Origin: an uncultured Methanosarcinales archaeon
GTDB taxonomy: Archaea; Nanobdellota; Nanobdellia; Woesearchaeales; GW2011-AR9
Reading direction: 5' to 3'
NCBI GenBank assembly: GCA_964360675.1
Contig: CAYHXT010000001.1
Span: 10,491-74,490, forward strand
Length of the DNA stretch: 64,000 bases
The position numbers were made by a program, and so were the translations under genes. The notes under the pieces are model-generated. The model saw only the letters and a program-made list of their open reading frames with translations. It did not search any database and was not told the origin of the DNA. This document shows positions 18,465 through 27,980 of the stretch, piece after piece. Every line of letters starts with the position of its first letter. Positions within the stretch are counted from its first letter, which is position 1.

Positions 18465-19298
18465 ATGTTTTCTGCCCTTCCCATAAAAATCAGAGCAAAT
18501 CTTGCCCGTCCAGTTCTTGAAGCAGCAATTGCTGCCGGAAAGGAAATTTTACAAATATATAATCAAGATTTTAAAATTACATTTAAACAGCAACAAGAAC
18601 CGCTGACAGAAGCCGATCTTGTCAGCAATAAAATTATCTTAAAAGCGCTTAAGAAAACAAATATTGCCATTCTTTCAGAAGAAACTAAGGATAATTTAGA
18701 ACGAGTTGACCAGGATCTTCTATGGATTGTTGATCCATTAGATGGGACCCGGGAGTTTATCAACAAAAATGGAGAATTCTCTGTTATGGTTGGATTAGCA
18801 GAGAAAGGTATTCCGGTCCTTGGTATCATCTATCAGCCTACAACTAAAGATCTTTTTCTCTCCTCTAAAGGCGAAGGCGCATATGAAAAAACTACGGAAG
18901 GCTGGAAAAGGCTCAAAACCACCGCCATCACTACTTTGTCGGAAGCGCGCGGCATTTTAAGCAGAAATAATCTTTCTGAGGAAGAGGCCAGATTTTTAGA
19001 AAGAAATAACATCAATAAGTTTACGCAAAAAGGCAGCGCTGGGTTAAAAGCCGGGGAAATCTGCCGCGGCAACGCCGAATTTTATTTTAACAGCACAAAT
19101 AAACTCAAAGAATGGGATACCTGCGCGGCCCATAGCCTGATTCTAGAGGCGGGGGGCAACCTGACTACATTCAGGGGAGAGGAAATAACTTATAACAAAA
19201 AGGACCCGATACATCATGGAGGGGTTCTCTTTACCAATAATATAATCTTACATGAAAATCTACGGAAGAAAATAATTTCTAAATATAAGAATCTTTAA
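18465..19298 (+). CDS. cysQ: 3'(2'),5'-bisphosphate nucleotidase (inositol monophosphatase family)
   Basis: WIVDPLDGTREF metal-binding motif of the IMPase/CysQ family. Translationally coupled to the sulfotransferase, with a 2-nt gap. Confidence 0.75.
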   Translation: MFSALPIKIRANLARPVLEAAIAAGKEILQIYNQDFKITFKQQQEPLTEADLVSNKIILKALKKTNIAILSEETKDNLERVDQDLLWIVDPLDGTREFINKNGEFSVMVGLAEKGIPVLGIIYQPTTKDLFLSSKGEGAYEKTTEGWKRLKTTAITTLSEARGILSRNNLSEEEARFLERNNINKFTQKGSAGLKAGEICRGNAEFYFNSTNKLKEWDTCAAHSLILEAGGNLTTFRGEEITYNKKDPIHHGGVLFTNNIILHENLRKKIISKYKNL

Positions 19299-20734
19299 TG
19301 TTTTCTCCAAAAATAAAATAATTTCTTATCTTCAGCATTAAATTCCCGCATTAACCATAATAACAAGATATACAAAATAAATAATAAAGTAGAATAAAGT
19401 AATAATCCTATTCCCTTAGCCGGAAGTAAGCGTATTAAAAAAAATAAAGGCGCTGTTGCTAAAATAATGCGGATAAATGACTGCCAGGGAACAAATTTCC
19501 CCGAAATATTGAACAGAGAAAATGTCTGTATAAGGCAGGCTATAAATCCAATTAGGCCCGCAAACAATGTTGCTAACGCCGCCCCTTCCAGGCCGTAGCG
19601 CGGAATAAAAATCAATCCTGATATAAACGCTGCCAACAATGAAACCAAGGCAATTATCATCGCAAAAACATGGCGTCCCGCCCCCGATAATACTGAAGAA
19701 AGTAAGAAAAACAACGCGAAAAATCCGTGCCCTATAATCAGGATGCGTAATGCGTTACCTGCAACTATAAATTCATTAGGATAAAATAATGAAAGTATTT
19801 GTTCTGCGTAACCGTAAATCAAAACACCCAAAGGGATTAATAACATAAGGGAATAGCGCAATGAAAGCGCAACATATTTTTTAACAAGAAATAAATTATT
19901 TTCTGCCACTGCTTTAGAAACAGACGGAAGTAATGTTAGTGGCAATGCCGAAAGCAAGGAGAATGTAATCTTGGCCAAAGTGCTTGCTGCGGTATAATAT
20001 CCCGGTAATGCAGCATCATCCAATTGGCTCTTAATCAAAAACAATCCCGCATCCATGGCCAGCATCAAAGCACCATAATAAACTGTAATAGGCAGTGAAA
20101 ATTTTAACAGAGTTATTATCGGAAATACCTCCCTTGATTTTTCTAAAGAAATAGTCTTCCAAACAAAAAGAAGCGCGAATAAAGGCGCAATGATATATGC
20201 AAACACCACCCCATACAAATTGAACCCAAAATAAACTAATCCAATAGCTAACAAAAATCTAACTACGGAGTGGATTGCTTCTGCCAAGGCTTGCTCTTTG
20301 AAAAGTCTCATCCCATTGAGATAACCATCGTTATATACTACATAAATCCCCACGGATAGGACTACCAGGGAGGATAAACGAATGGGCCAGATTAAAGAAG
20401 AATCGTGTAGTTTTTCGGCTAAAAATCCGGCAAAGAAAAAATACAATATCACACAAAGAGAAATAAATAGCAATTGCAAATGAAACCCGCTTCTTAGCAC
20501 TGCATGGAAAGATTCTTTCTGTTCCGAAATGTATTTTGAAATCGCTTTCGTCGTTCCAGTCAAAAATAAAGTCTTTGTAATCATAATAATAGAAAGGATA
20601 ATTCCCATATTGCCATAGGCTGCTGCGCTTACTAGGTGCGCCAAGGAAATATGGAGCAAATAACCGGAGAGTAAAATCACAAACTGTGTTGCCATCAGAT
20701 AGGCAGTTCCCTTTGCAACGACGTGCTGATCCAT
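19295..20734 (-). CDS. MOP-superfamily polysaccharide transporter (Wzx-like flippase)
   Basis: 479 aa with about 12-14 TM helices and the glycine- and leucine-rich polytopic profile typical of O-unit flippases. Confidence 0.6.
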   Translation of the reverse strand: MDQHVVAKGTAYLMATQFVILLSGYLLHISLAHLVSAAAYGNMGIILSIIMITKTLFLTGTTKAISKYISEQKESFHAVLRSGFHLQLLFISLCVILYFFFAGFLAEKLHDSSLIWPIRLSSLVVLSVGIYVVYNDGYLNGMRLFKEQALAEAIHSVVRFLLAIGLVYFGFNLYGVVFAYIIAPLFALLFVWKTISLEKSREVFPIITLLKFSLPITVYYGALMLAMDAGLFLIKSQLDDAALPGYYTAASTLAKITFSLLSALPLTLLPSVSKAVAENNLFLVKKYVALSLRYSLMLLIPLGVLIYGYAEQILSLFYPNEFIVAGNALRILIIGHGFFALFFLLSSVLSGAGRHVFAMIIALVSLLAAFISGLIFIPRYGLEGAALATLFAGLIGFIACLIQTFSLFNISGKFVPWQSFIRIILATAPLFFLIRLLPAKGIGLLLYSTLLFILYILLLWLMREFNAEDKKLFYFWRKH

Positions 20735-21453
20735 TAAATCTCTCCTGGTTTATCTAGACGGTAATTGTTATTTAATTGAGTTGCGACTTTTCTTATCAGT
20801 TCTAAGAATAAAAATAAGGTGTAAATCACGAGAACATAATAATGTAATCCTAAAAGTGTTCCGAAAAACATCAGATTAAAAAGATATTCTAATCTAAAAA
20901 ATGCAAACACGGAATAAAGTAACGTATGCTGATTCTTAAGCAGTGACTTTCCAAAAGATGCCTCTATAAGATGCTGATGTTTTTTATCTGAGTACCACAA
21001 AGGATTAAGCGTCGTTGCCTTATTCAATAAAAACAGCAGTGCGGCGAAAATACCCAGCAACAGCGGTAAGATTTTTCCGGTAATTCTAAATGTGCCTATG
21101 CCAAAACATATAAGCAATAGGGGATTAGCAATGTAGTGCCCTAAATAATCAAAATATATCCCATTAAGGGAAAACTGCTTCTTATAACGGGCGATAATTC
21201 CGTCGGAACAATCCAGAATAAAGAATAGTTGGAAAATAGTTACGCCTATGAGCATAGATAACCAAGTGCCTTTTGCAACAAAAAGCGCTGATGCGATCTG
21301 CCCGATAATCCAGATAATAGTTACTTGGTTGGCAGTTAGGGGCGTATGTAAAAATAGCCAAGCCGGATAATAAGCCAGATAATCCATAAAGGAATAGATG
21401 AAATCTCTTCTTTTAGTTTTAGATATTTTACGTAATTCTTTGATGGTTATCAT
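20734..21453 (-). CDS. CDP-alcohol phosphatidyltransferase family membrane protein
   Basis: DCSDGIIARYKKQFSLNGIYFDYLG matches D-x2-D-G-x2-A-R-x8-G-x3-D. Polytopic, 239 aa. Confidence 0.55.
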   Translation of the reverse strand: MITIKELRKISKTKRRDFIYSFMDYLAYYPAWLFLHTPLTANQVTIIWIIGQIASALFVAKGTWLSMLIGVTIFQLFFILDCSDGIIARYKKQFSLNGIYFDYLGHYIANPLLLICFGIGTFRITGKILPLLLGIFAALLFLLNKATTLNPLWYSDKKHQHLIEASFGKSLLKNQHTLLYSVFAFFRLEYLFNLMFFGTLLGLHYYVLVIYTLFLFLELIRKVATQLNNNYRLDKPGEI

Positions 21454-21496
21454 TATTTTTTTCTACCAGATTATTTGCCAATTTCGATTATGAAAA

Positions 21497-22000
21497 TTAG
21501 ATTTTTTTAAGCCTTCCCTCTACTCCTGTAAAAATATTGTTGATCAAGGAATTAAGGTAATATAAGTTCTTATGAAATTTTAATCTATGGAATAATATGG
21601 GGGTAATCCATATCTTCCCTTTAAATTTAACTTTAGTGATAACGCTCCTTTTACCGCCTTTTATAAAATGATTGAAAGAATCGGGAGTAAGGTGCTGTTT
21701 ATGGGTAGTGTCCTTGCTGTCTACATGAGTGAATGCCAAAGGCACTCGAAAATATAATTCTCCCCCTTCTTTTAGGATCCGGTGTGTTTCTTCCATAAAT
21801 AACTTAAAGTCAGAAAGGTGCTCTATGACTGCATTAGCAAGGATGTAATCGATTGAATTATCCATAAACGGCCAAGGGGATTTGTCTAAATTCCATTCCA
21901 GGTCTTTACGGACAAAAGGGCTGGAATCCACATTAACATATCCTTCTTTATAATTAGTTCCGCATCCGAGATGCAATTTAACTTGTTTTGGCGAATACAT
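21497..22000 (-). CDS. small class I SAM methyltransferase-like protein
   Basis: LHLGCGTNYKEGYVNVD glycine-rich motif I. 167 aa. Confidence 0.5.
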   Translation of the reverse strand: MYSPKQVKLHLGCGTNYKEGYVNVDSSPFVRKDLEWNLDKSPWPFMDNSIDYILANAVIEHLSDFKLFMEETHRILKEGGELYFRVPLAFTHVDSKDTTHKQHLTPDSFNHFIKGGKRSVITKVKFKGKIWITPILFHRLKFHKNLYYLNSLINNIFTGVEGRLKKI

Positions 22001-22175
22001 CTTCTGTTTCTATGGCGTTAAGTTAATCTTTTTCTACAAAAGTACTGTTGTTGCTACAACATTACACTGCAAGACAGCAAAAAGAAAATCGGGGGCTGTG
22101 GGCTTAATAAATTTTACTAAATTATGTTCTTTGTAGGCCGGAAATCCGGGCTTTAACTTTACTTCTGTAATTTCA

Positions 22176-22973
22176 TCAAAGTTGTTCGTATAGTTCTATA
22201 CCGTTTTTTAAGTCAACTTCGGGTTTCCATTTCAACATCTCTTGCGCTTTTGCATTACATAAACTGCTGAATTCTATCTCTCTTTTTTGATTACGTTTAA
22301 TCTCATTAAGCGCATCGATACCCATAATCAAACCCAATTGGGTCAAGTTAGTATCAATACCAGTACTAATATTAAATGTTTCATTGCATACATCGCTTTT
22401 GATGCTTTTTTCAATAGCCCTACATACATCAGTCACATGAACAAAATCTCTGGTGTAATGGGGCTTGCCTATAAGATTAAATGCCGTATTCTCTTTCCAT
22501 TTAGAAATAACTCCTCGTCCGCCTTTTCCATAAACATTAGAAAAACGTAAAATAATATGCGGGATTTTTTTACCTCTAATTATGTTTTCACAGTATTTTT
22601 TAGCCAAACCATAACTATTGATTGGATGCAAAATCTGATTTTCGTCAGCTTTATGCGCATTGCCGTATACTGCAGCCGAACTTGTAAAAATCAATTTGTT
22701 TACATTATATTTCTTACATAAACCAGTTATAATCATTGTTCCATAAATATTATTTTTTAGATTATTCCAAATTTTATTGTCAAGACCGGCCGCGAGATGT
22801 ATAACATAATCCGGTTTATTTTCTTTAAATATCTTATCCATCAATCCAGGGTTGGTTATGTTATTTTTTGATTTGATATCTACCTCAACTATTTTATATT
22901 TATTTTCTAATAGCTTAATCACTCTTTTTCCTATAAATCCTCCCGCCCCCGTAATCAATATAGTGTGTTTCAT
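22176..22973 (-). CDS. NAD-dependent sugar epimerase/dehydratase (short SDR-type)
   Basis: N-terminal Rossmann motif ILITGAGGFIGKRV. A YxxxK candidate (YGLAKKY) is present. 265 aa. Confidence 0.7.
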   Translation of the reverse strand: MKHTILITGAGGFIGKRVIKLLENKYKIVEVDIKSKNNITNPGLMDKIFKENKPDYVIHLAAGLDNKIWNNLKNNIYGTMIITGLCKKYNVNKLIFTSSAAVYGNAHKADENQILHPINSYGLAKKYCENIIRGKKIPHIILRFSNVYGKGGRGVISKWKENTAFNLIGKPHYTRDFVHVTDVCRAIEKSIKSDVCNETFNISTGIDTNLTQLGLIMGIDALNEIKRNQKREIEFSSLCNAKAQEMLKWKPEVDLKNGIELYEQL

Positions 22974-23293
22974 TTTTTATTCATTGAATTTAAATTTATA
23001 TTTCGTCCCCATTTTTTTTGTATCCGCCCGTGATGGGCGCCTTATATCCACCTATTTTTGTCAAAATCACTTTTTCTTTATAAAAATTACCTGAACTTCG
23101 GTTTTCCCGGCCAATTTTGGCGTTCTCTATTTGCGATAAAAAGCCGTAGAAGTGCAGAAGTCTGTCCGGCACAGATGTCCCTATCTCGACTTGGCTGGAA
23201 AACAACCGGGTTGGACAGTTAAGAAAAGTTTTTTACTACACAATATTTATAAATTTTTTATGGTTTGACAGTATAATTAGCACAAATAAGCTC

Positions 23294-23896
23294 ATGAAAA
23301 AATTAATCATCCGGTTCGACAAAAATAAATGTGTGGGGAATGGTGGTTGTGTAGCTGCGGCTCCAGATTTCTTTAAATTAGAGGAAGATAAGTCTGTATG
23401 TATCGGTGCAAAAGTAGATAAAAAAACCAATATTTATACTTTAATCATCCCTTGCGATGATGATACTGCCAAACAGATCGTTGCAGCAGGAGAAAGCTGT
23501 CCGGTAAACGCGATAGGCGTCTACGATGCTGATACGAAGCGGGAAATCGTCAGCACCAGCGTAGATACACTTAATACTAAAGAAATATTTGCTACTTATG
23601 ACGATGCAAAAGAATTTGTTCTCGATAAAGAAGGATATTTCCTGATAAGGCTTGATAAGGGACGTAAGCTGATTGAAGTCGCATTCTGCAACGAGAAAAA
23701 TAAAATCGTATTAACTGTCCGCGGAAAAAAGCCGATAGATATTTATCATACTATCTTGAATAAAGAAAAGCTCCCCATCAGGAAAGAACATGCTGCATAT
23801 CTCGGCCGGGAACTGCAGAAGGCGTATATAGCGCTGGAGAACGGCTTAAATTATGTACAAGACGACGAACTTGTTCTGACAAAACTAAATAAATGA
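23294..23896 (+). CDS. ferredoxin-domain protein (mono-cluster 4Fe-4S-like N-domain + uncharacterised C-domain)
   Basis: CVGNGGCVAAAP...C...CP cysteine pattern in the first 75 aa. 200 aa. Sits next to B12-radical SAM genes. Confidence 0.45.
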   Translation: MKKLIIRFDKNKCVGNGGCVAAAPDFFKLEEDKSVCIGAKVDKKTNIYTLIIPCDDDTAKQIVAAGESCPVNAIGVYDADTKREIVSTSVDTLNTKEIFATYDDAKEFVLDKEGYFLIRLDKGRKLIEVAFCNEKNKIVLTVRGKKPIDIYHTILNKEKLPIRKEHAAYLGRELQKAYIALENGLNYVQDDELVLTKLNK

Positions 23897-23912
23897 TTAT
23901 TTGAGAATCAAA

Positions 23913-25448
23913 TTATTTCCGCTTCATTTTATTTTTTGATAATTTATTTCTTATCAGTTTCTTAAAGTTGAAAGTGTAATATCCTATATAATTAAAGATA
24001 CGATAATCTGTCTTCTTTAATGCGACCAGTAATTCAAATGGAAGGGGCGGTATAAGGAAAAATCCCTTATATGTCTTTGAAGTAAGAAAGAAATTTACCA
24101 TCCATCGTGGATATAATTGCAGACTTTTCATCATAAATTGAAAATTTTTAATCAACCTTGCTGCTTTTTTATCTTTTACTGAACCGCCGGTAATGTAAGT
24201 GTTCTGCGCTCCTTGTTCAGCTTCTTTGACTTGTTCATCAGTCGCGCTAGTTTTCTGCAGAACCGAAGTGGAAGGGAAATATTGCAGCCAGTAACAAGTA
24301 ATCCTTACCGGCCTGTATTTGTTGAATAAACGTATCGCAAATTTCATGTCCTCTTCAGTTTCACCAAAGCCGAACATCATGTCGACATAGAAATTAAGCT
24401 TATATTTGCTGCAGGCCTTAAGAGCATTGATGATATCTTCAGTAGTCTCAATTCTAGTCATCATTTTTCTCTTAATTTCCTGATTGAAAGTCTGAATGCC
24501 CATCTCTAACTTATAACATCCGCTTTCTTTCAATAGTTTTGCTATTTCATCATCAACGTGAAGCGGATGAGTTATGGCTCGGTAAGGGACATTAATCTCT
24601 AGTTTATATTTTGGCAAAAATTTACGCAGCCATTCTTTATCATGGGTGAATATGTCATCTTCAAAACTGACATACTTGAACTTGTATTTCTGTTTAGCTA
24701 GTCGCAATTCTCCTAAGACATGTTCCGGGCTTCTTCTGCGGACGTATCTGTGCGCATCTTTTACATATAATTTACGCAGAAGATTATGGCAGCAGAAACT
24801 ACATGCAAAAAGGCACCCTCTGGCAGTTGCAATCATGTAATGCTTCATTGGCACATGGGGCGCAAACAACGCTTTATTTGGATAAGGTAAAGAATCTAAA
24901 TCTTGTTTAAGAGGCCTTACTGGATTTCCCATAGCCTTACCGTCTTTCTTATACCATACATTGGGAATAGCATAATTAGGTTCCTTCTTTTGTATTGAAG
25001 CCAGCAGTTCCAGAAGAGAATCTTCCGATTCTCCAACTACAACGTAATCAACACAGTCTTCCTGTACAGTTTTCTCAGGGACTGAGGTAGGATGAATGCC
25101 TCCGAAAATAATCGGTATATTTTTCGCTTGTTTCATTTTGCGTGCTATATCTAAAGCCCATTGATTACAGTCTGAAAATACCGAAAATAATACTATGTCC
25201 GGATTGGTCGCCAGTACATCTTCTACGATGTTTTTATATTTGAATAATTTTGCAAGGAAAGGTATTTGAAGATAATACTTGTCATCAAACAAAGCAGGAT
25301 CAAAAACCAACGCAGTTTGGTGTCCATGTTTCTCCAACATAGCGGAGAGACTTTCGATGCCGAGATTCTCAGCGCCCATATATAAGAAAGTGACTTTCAT
25401 CTTTTTAGGGGAAGAATACTTGTTTTTAAACTTTTCTAGTCTTTGCAA
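23913..25448 (-). CDS. B12-binding (cobalamin) radical SAM enzyme
   Basis: CLFACSFCCH, a CxxxCxxC radical SAM cluster motif, preceded by a B12-binding-like N-domain. 511 aa. The start may be the internal MKVTFLY. Confidence 0.75.
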   Translation of the reverse strand: MQRLEKFKNKYSSPKKMKVTFLYMGAENLGIESLSAMLEKHGHQTALVFDPALFDDKYYLQIPFLAKLFKYKNIVEDVLATNPDIVLFSVFSDCNQWALDIARKMKQAKNIPIIFGGIHPTSVPEKTVQEDCVDYVVVGESEDSLLELLASIQKKEPNYAIPNVWYKKDGKAMGNPVRPLKQDLDSLPYPNKALFAPHVPMKHYMIATARGCLFACSFCCHNLLRKLYVKDAHRYVRRRSPEHVLGELRLAKQKYKFKYVSFEDDIFTHDKEWLRKFLPKYKLEINVPYRAITHPLHVDDEIAKLLKESGCYKLEMGIQTFNQEIKRKMMTRIETTEDIINALKACSKYKLNFYVDMMFGFGETEEDMKFAIRLFNKYRPVRITCYWLQYFPSTSVLQKTSATDEQVKEAEQGAQNTYITGGSVKDKKAARLIKNFQFMMKSLQLYPRWMVNFFLTSKTYKGFFLIPPLPFELLVALKKTDYRIFNYIGYYTFNFKKLIRNKLSKNKMKRK

Positions 25449-25604
25449 TAATTAAAAATTAGCAAGAATGTTTAGATTTTATTTCTTAAAATAATATCTT
25501 TGTGTTGCTAATTAGACCTAACTGATCTCATCACGTATCACATCACCAAAATGCAAAGCGCTTCTACGCCGTTGTCGCTTTACCAATTATCCTTTTTATC
25601 TATT

Positions 25605-26894
25605 TTATTTTGTGGTCTTATTTTCTCCGACTTCTTTTTTAAATTGTTCAATCCAATAGTTGATCCTATCTTCAGTAAGGTTGGGATGCTTAAATAACGG
25701 CTGTTTGCTCTCTAATATCTGATTGTACGATTCCCAGTTATCGGACTTAAAAATATCCATCCCAAACTTTTCCGGATTCCCCCATAATGGCGTCGACGGG
25801 CTAGGGACTAATTTGTAAATATCAGTGATGAATTTTTTGCCCCATTTTTGTTTTAAGTCTTTAGCCCAGTTAATCGTTTCTCTCATAGTTTCATCAGTTT
25901 CACTTGGCAAACCGCATATGAAAAATCCCTTTATGCCTAGGCCATATTTCATGCACATATCTATTCCTTTTTCTTGTTGCGCTACTGACATATATTTATT
26001 CATAGCCTTCAAAACAGTGTCTGAACCAGATTCTATACCTAATGAAATCCATTTGCAACCAGCTTCAGCCATGGCTTTACACAGTTCTTCAGATAATGTG
26101 TCTGCTCTAGTTGTTGCCCTAAATACGACGTCTGGAAATTCAGTTTTCATCAATTTACATAAATTAATGAATCTCTCTTGGTCTGATTTTCTTGGAGATG
26201 TTATGACATCATCAGCAAAATAAAATCCTCTTACACTATATTTTGTGTAAAGTAATCTTAATTCTTCCATTACATGTTCAAAACTTCTTGGCCGCCATTT
26301 TTTTATTTTTGCTGAACCGCAATAGCAACAATTTGCGTAACATCCGCGGCTGGTTATTACAATAGCGCCTTTTTTACCTTCAACAGTCATGAAATATCTT
26401 TCAAATTTAATCCCTTCGTAATCCGGCATTGGCAGCGTATTTAGGTCTAAACTTTTACCGCCATCTATCAATTGCTGCTGGGGCTTATCTCTAATCACCT
26501 TCAATAAAGCTTCTTCCCCATCTCCCGTAATTACATAATTAAACACTTTTAAAGTCCTTTCTTCGCGAGGGTTATCGGTAATGTGGTTGCCGCCAGCCAC
26601 TAAAACATTATTTTCGTGTTTAAACTGTTTTGCTAATTCTAAAACCTGAAAATAGTTTGGCGTCGAAACTGAAAAACAGATGAATTTAGGGTCGTATCTG
26701 AAAATAAACTCTTTCAAACTATCTTCAGTATCATGATTTAAATCAAATATTTTGGTCTCATATCCCTGCTGTTTTAGATAAGCTGAAAGTTGTGCTAAAG
26801 CTAATGGGCATCTATCACCAAGATTTCCGCCCGTTTTTTCTAGATATTTATCTCTTGGATTTATCAGGCAAATCATATTTTTCACGCACTTCAC
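25605..26894 (-). CDS. B12-binding radical SAM enzyme (paralog)
   Basis: CYANCCYCG radical SAM motif after an N-terminal Rossmann-like B12 domain. 429 aa. Confidence 0.75.
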   Translation of the reverse strand: MKCVKNMICLINPRDKYLEKTGGNLGDRCPLALAQLSAYLKQQGYETKIFDLNHDTEDSLKEFIFRYDPKFICFSVSTPNYFQVLELAKQFKHENNVLVAGGNHITDNPREERTLKVFNYVITGDGEEALLKVIRDKPQQQLIDGGKSLDLNTLPMPDYEGIKFERYFMTVEGKKGAIVITSRGCYANCCYCGSAKIKKWRPRSFEHVMEELRLLYTKYSVRGFYFADDVITSPRKSDQERFINLCKLMKTEFPDVVFRATTRADTLSEELCKAMAEAGCKWISLGIESGSDTVLKAMNKYMSVAQQEKGIDMCMKYGLGIKGFFICGLPSETDETMRETINWAKDLKQKWGKKFITDIYKLVPSPSTPLWGNPEKFGMDIFKSDNWESYNQILESKQPLFKHPNLTEDRINYWIEQFKKEVGENKTTK

Positions 26895-26915
26895 ATCATT
26901 TTATGCAATATCTGC

Positions 26916-27980
26916 TCAAACTCCTTTTCCTTTAGCAAGCTCTTCTTGAGGCAGGATTATTTTATTAATAAAATTAACCGTCCATTCTGTCACACTAATT
27001 TTATCTTCCAATAATCTCTTGCGCTTACTCTTCCATTCTTCTTTTAAATTAGGATTATTTAGCATTTCTTCCACACGAAGGAGTAATTTTTTCCCGTCAA
27101 CAATCTTTTCAACGAGATGATATTTATTGGACTCTTCTTCAAGATAGCTGGTATTCAGGTTATTGATGTAAATGGTAGGGATTCCCAATACTGCGGCTTC
27201 TGAAGCAACACTTGCCCCTTCACTGATAACCAAAGAGGAAAAAGCTATAATATCCATAAAATCTTTTGAATCAATTCTCAATAAATATTTTTGTAAATCT
27301 GTGGGGGCTAGATTATCCTCCGCAGAGATAAAAACTTTTCCAAATCTCTCCAGCAGTTGGATGAGTTTCTTTTTATCATCCAGCCCTAACCGCTTCACAT
27401 TAATATCATGGCTGGAATCCCATGATACAAATCTGACTACAAAATATTTTTCGTTGGCTGCAATTCCAATCTTTCTTAATGTTTCTTCCGACGGCGTATA
27501 ATAATCAGGATGCAGGTAAGCTAATTCTTTATAACCATTAAAACGAACATGTTTTTTCCCATAATCATCAGTATAACAACTTGGCGTGCACATTTTTGTG
27601 ATGAATGGGAGTGTAAGGATTTTAATTATTATGGTTGCATGTTCAGCATCATAGAAACTTATTGAAGGTTTTCTTAGCAGCCTACCGACCGGGGCTATGC
27701 TCATGCCCCCAAACCCAATTAGTACATCTGGCCTGAATTTCTTTGCTAGTTTGAGTAATTTGTAATTGTGCTGGCATAATTCCAAAGCAAGCCCCAAGAG
27801 CCCTTTTCCTTTAGTGCTAAGAATGGCGTGTTTAATCCCATAATCGTCCAATAAGTCAACAATAACATCTTTGTTACGGGAAGTTACTAGCACTTGGTGG
27901 CCTGAATCTTCCATGCGCCAAATAAAATTCTTGAAAAAATGGACTTCCGCAGGATGCCATAAGTCGACAATAATATTCAT
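26916..27980 (-). CDS. DUF354-like GT-B fold protein (putative glycosyltransferase/epimerase-associated)
   Basis: N-terminus MNIIVDLWHPAEVHFFKNFI. 354 aa with a two-Rossmann-like layout. Confidence 0.4.
   Translation of the reverse strand: MNIIVDLWHPAEVHFFKNFIWRMEDSGHQVLVTSRNKDVIVDLLDDYGIKHAILSTKGKGLLGLALELCQHNYKLLKLAKKFRPDVLIGFGGMSIAPVGRLLRKPSISFYDAEHATIIIKILTLPFITKMCTPSCYTDDYGKKHVRFNGYKELAYLHPDYYTPSEETLRKIGIAANEKYFVVRFVSWDSSHDINVKRLGLDDKKKLIQLLERFGKVFISAEDNLAPTDLQKYLLRIDSKDFMDIIAFSSLVISEGASVASEAAVLGIPTIYINNLNTSYLEEESNKYHLVEKIVDGKKLLLRVEEMLNNPNLKEEWKSKRKRLLEDKISVTEWTVNFINKIILPQEELAKGKGV

Noticed and set aside
22100-22160. GGCCGGAAATCCGGGC hairpin downstream of the epimerase gene, as a terminator
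   Set aside because: The stem has a central mismatch and is not followed by a T-tract on the relevant strand. The evidence is too weak to call.
23248-23278. TTGACA followed by TATAAT upstream of the ferredoxin-like gene
   Set aside because: The two hexamers are separated by only 2 nt, not by about 17 nt, so they cannot be one sigma-70 promoter. The TATAAT may pair with a weaker upstream -35 (TTATAA region). I did not call it as a feature.
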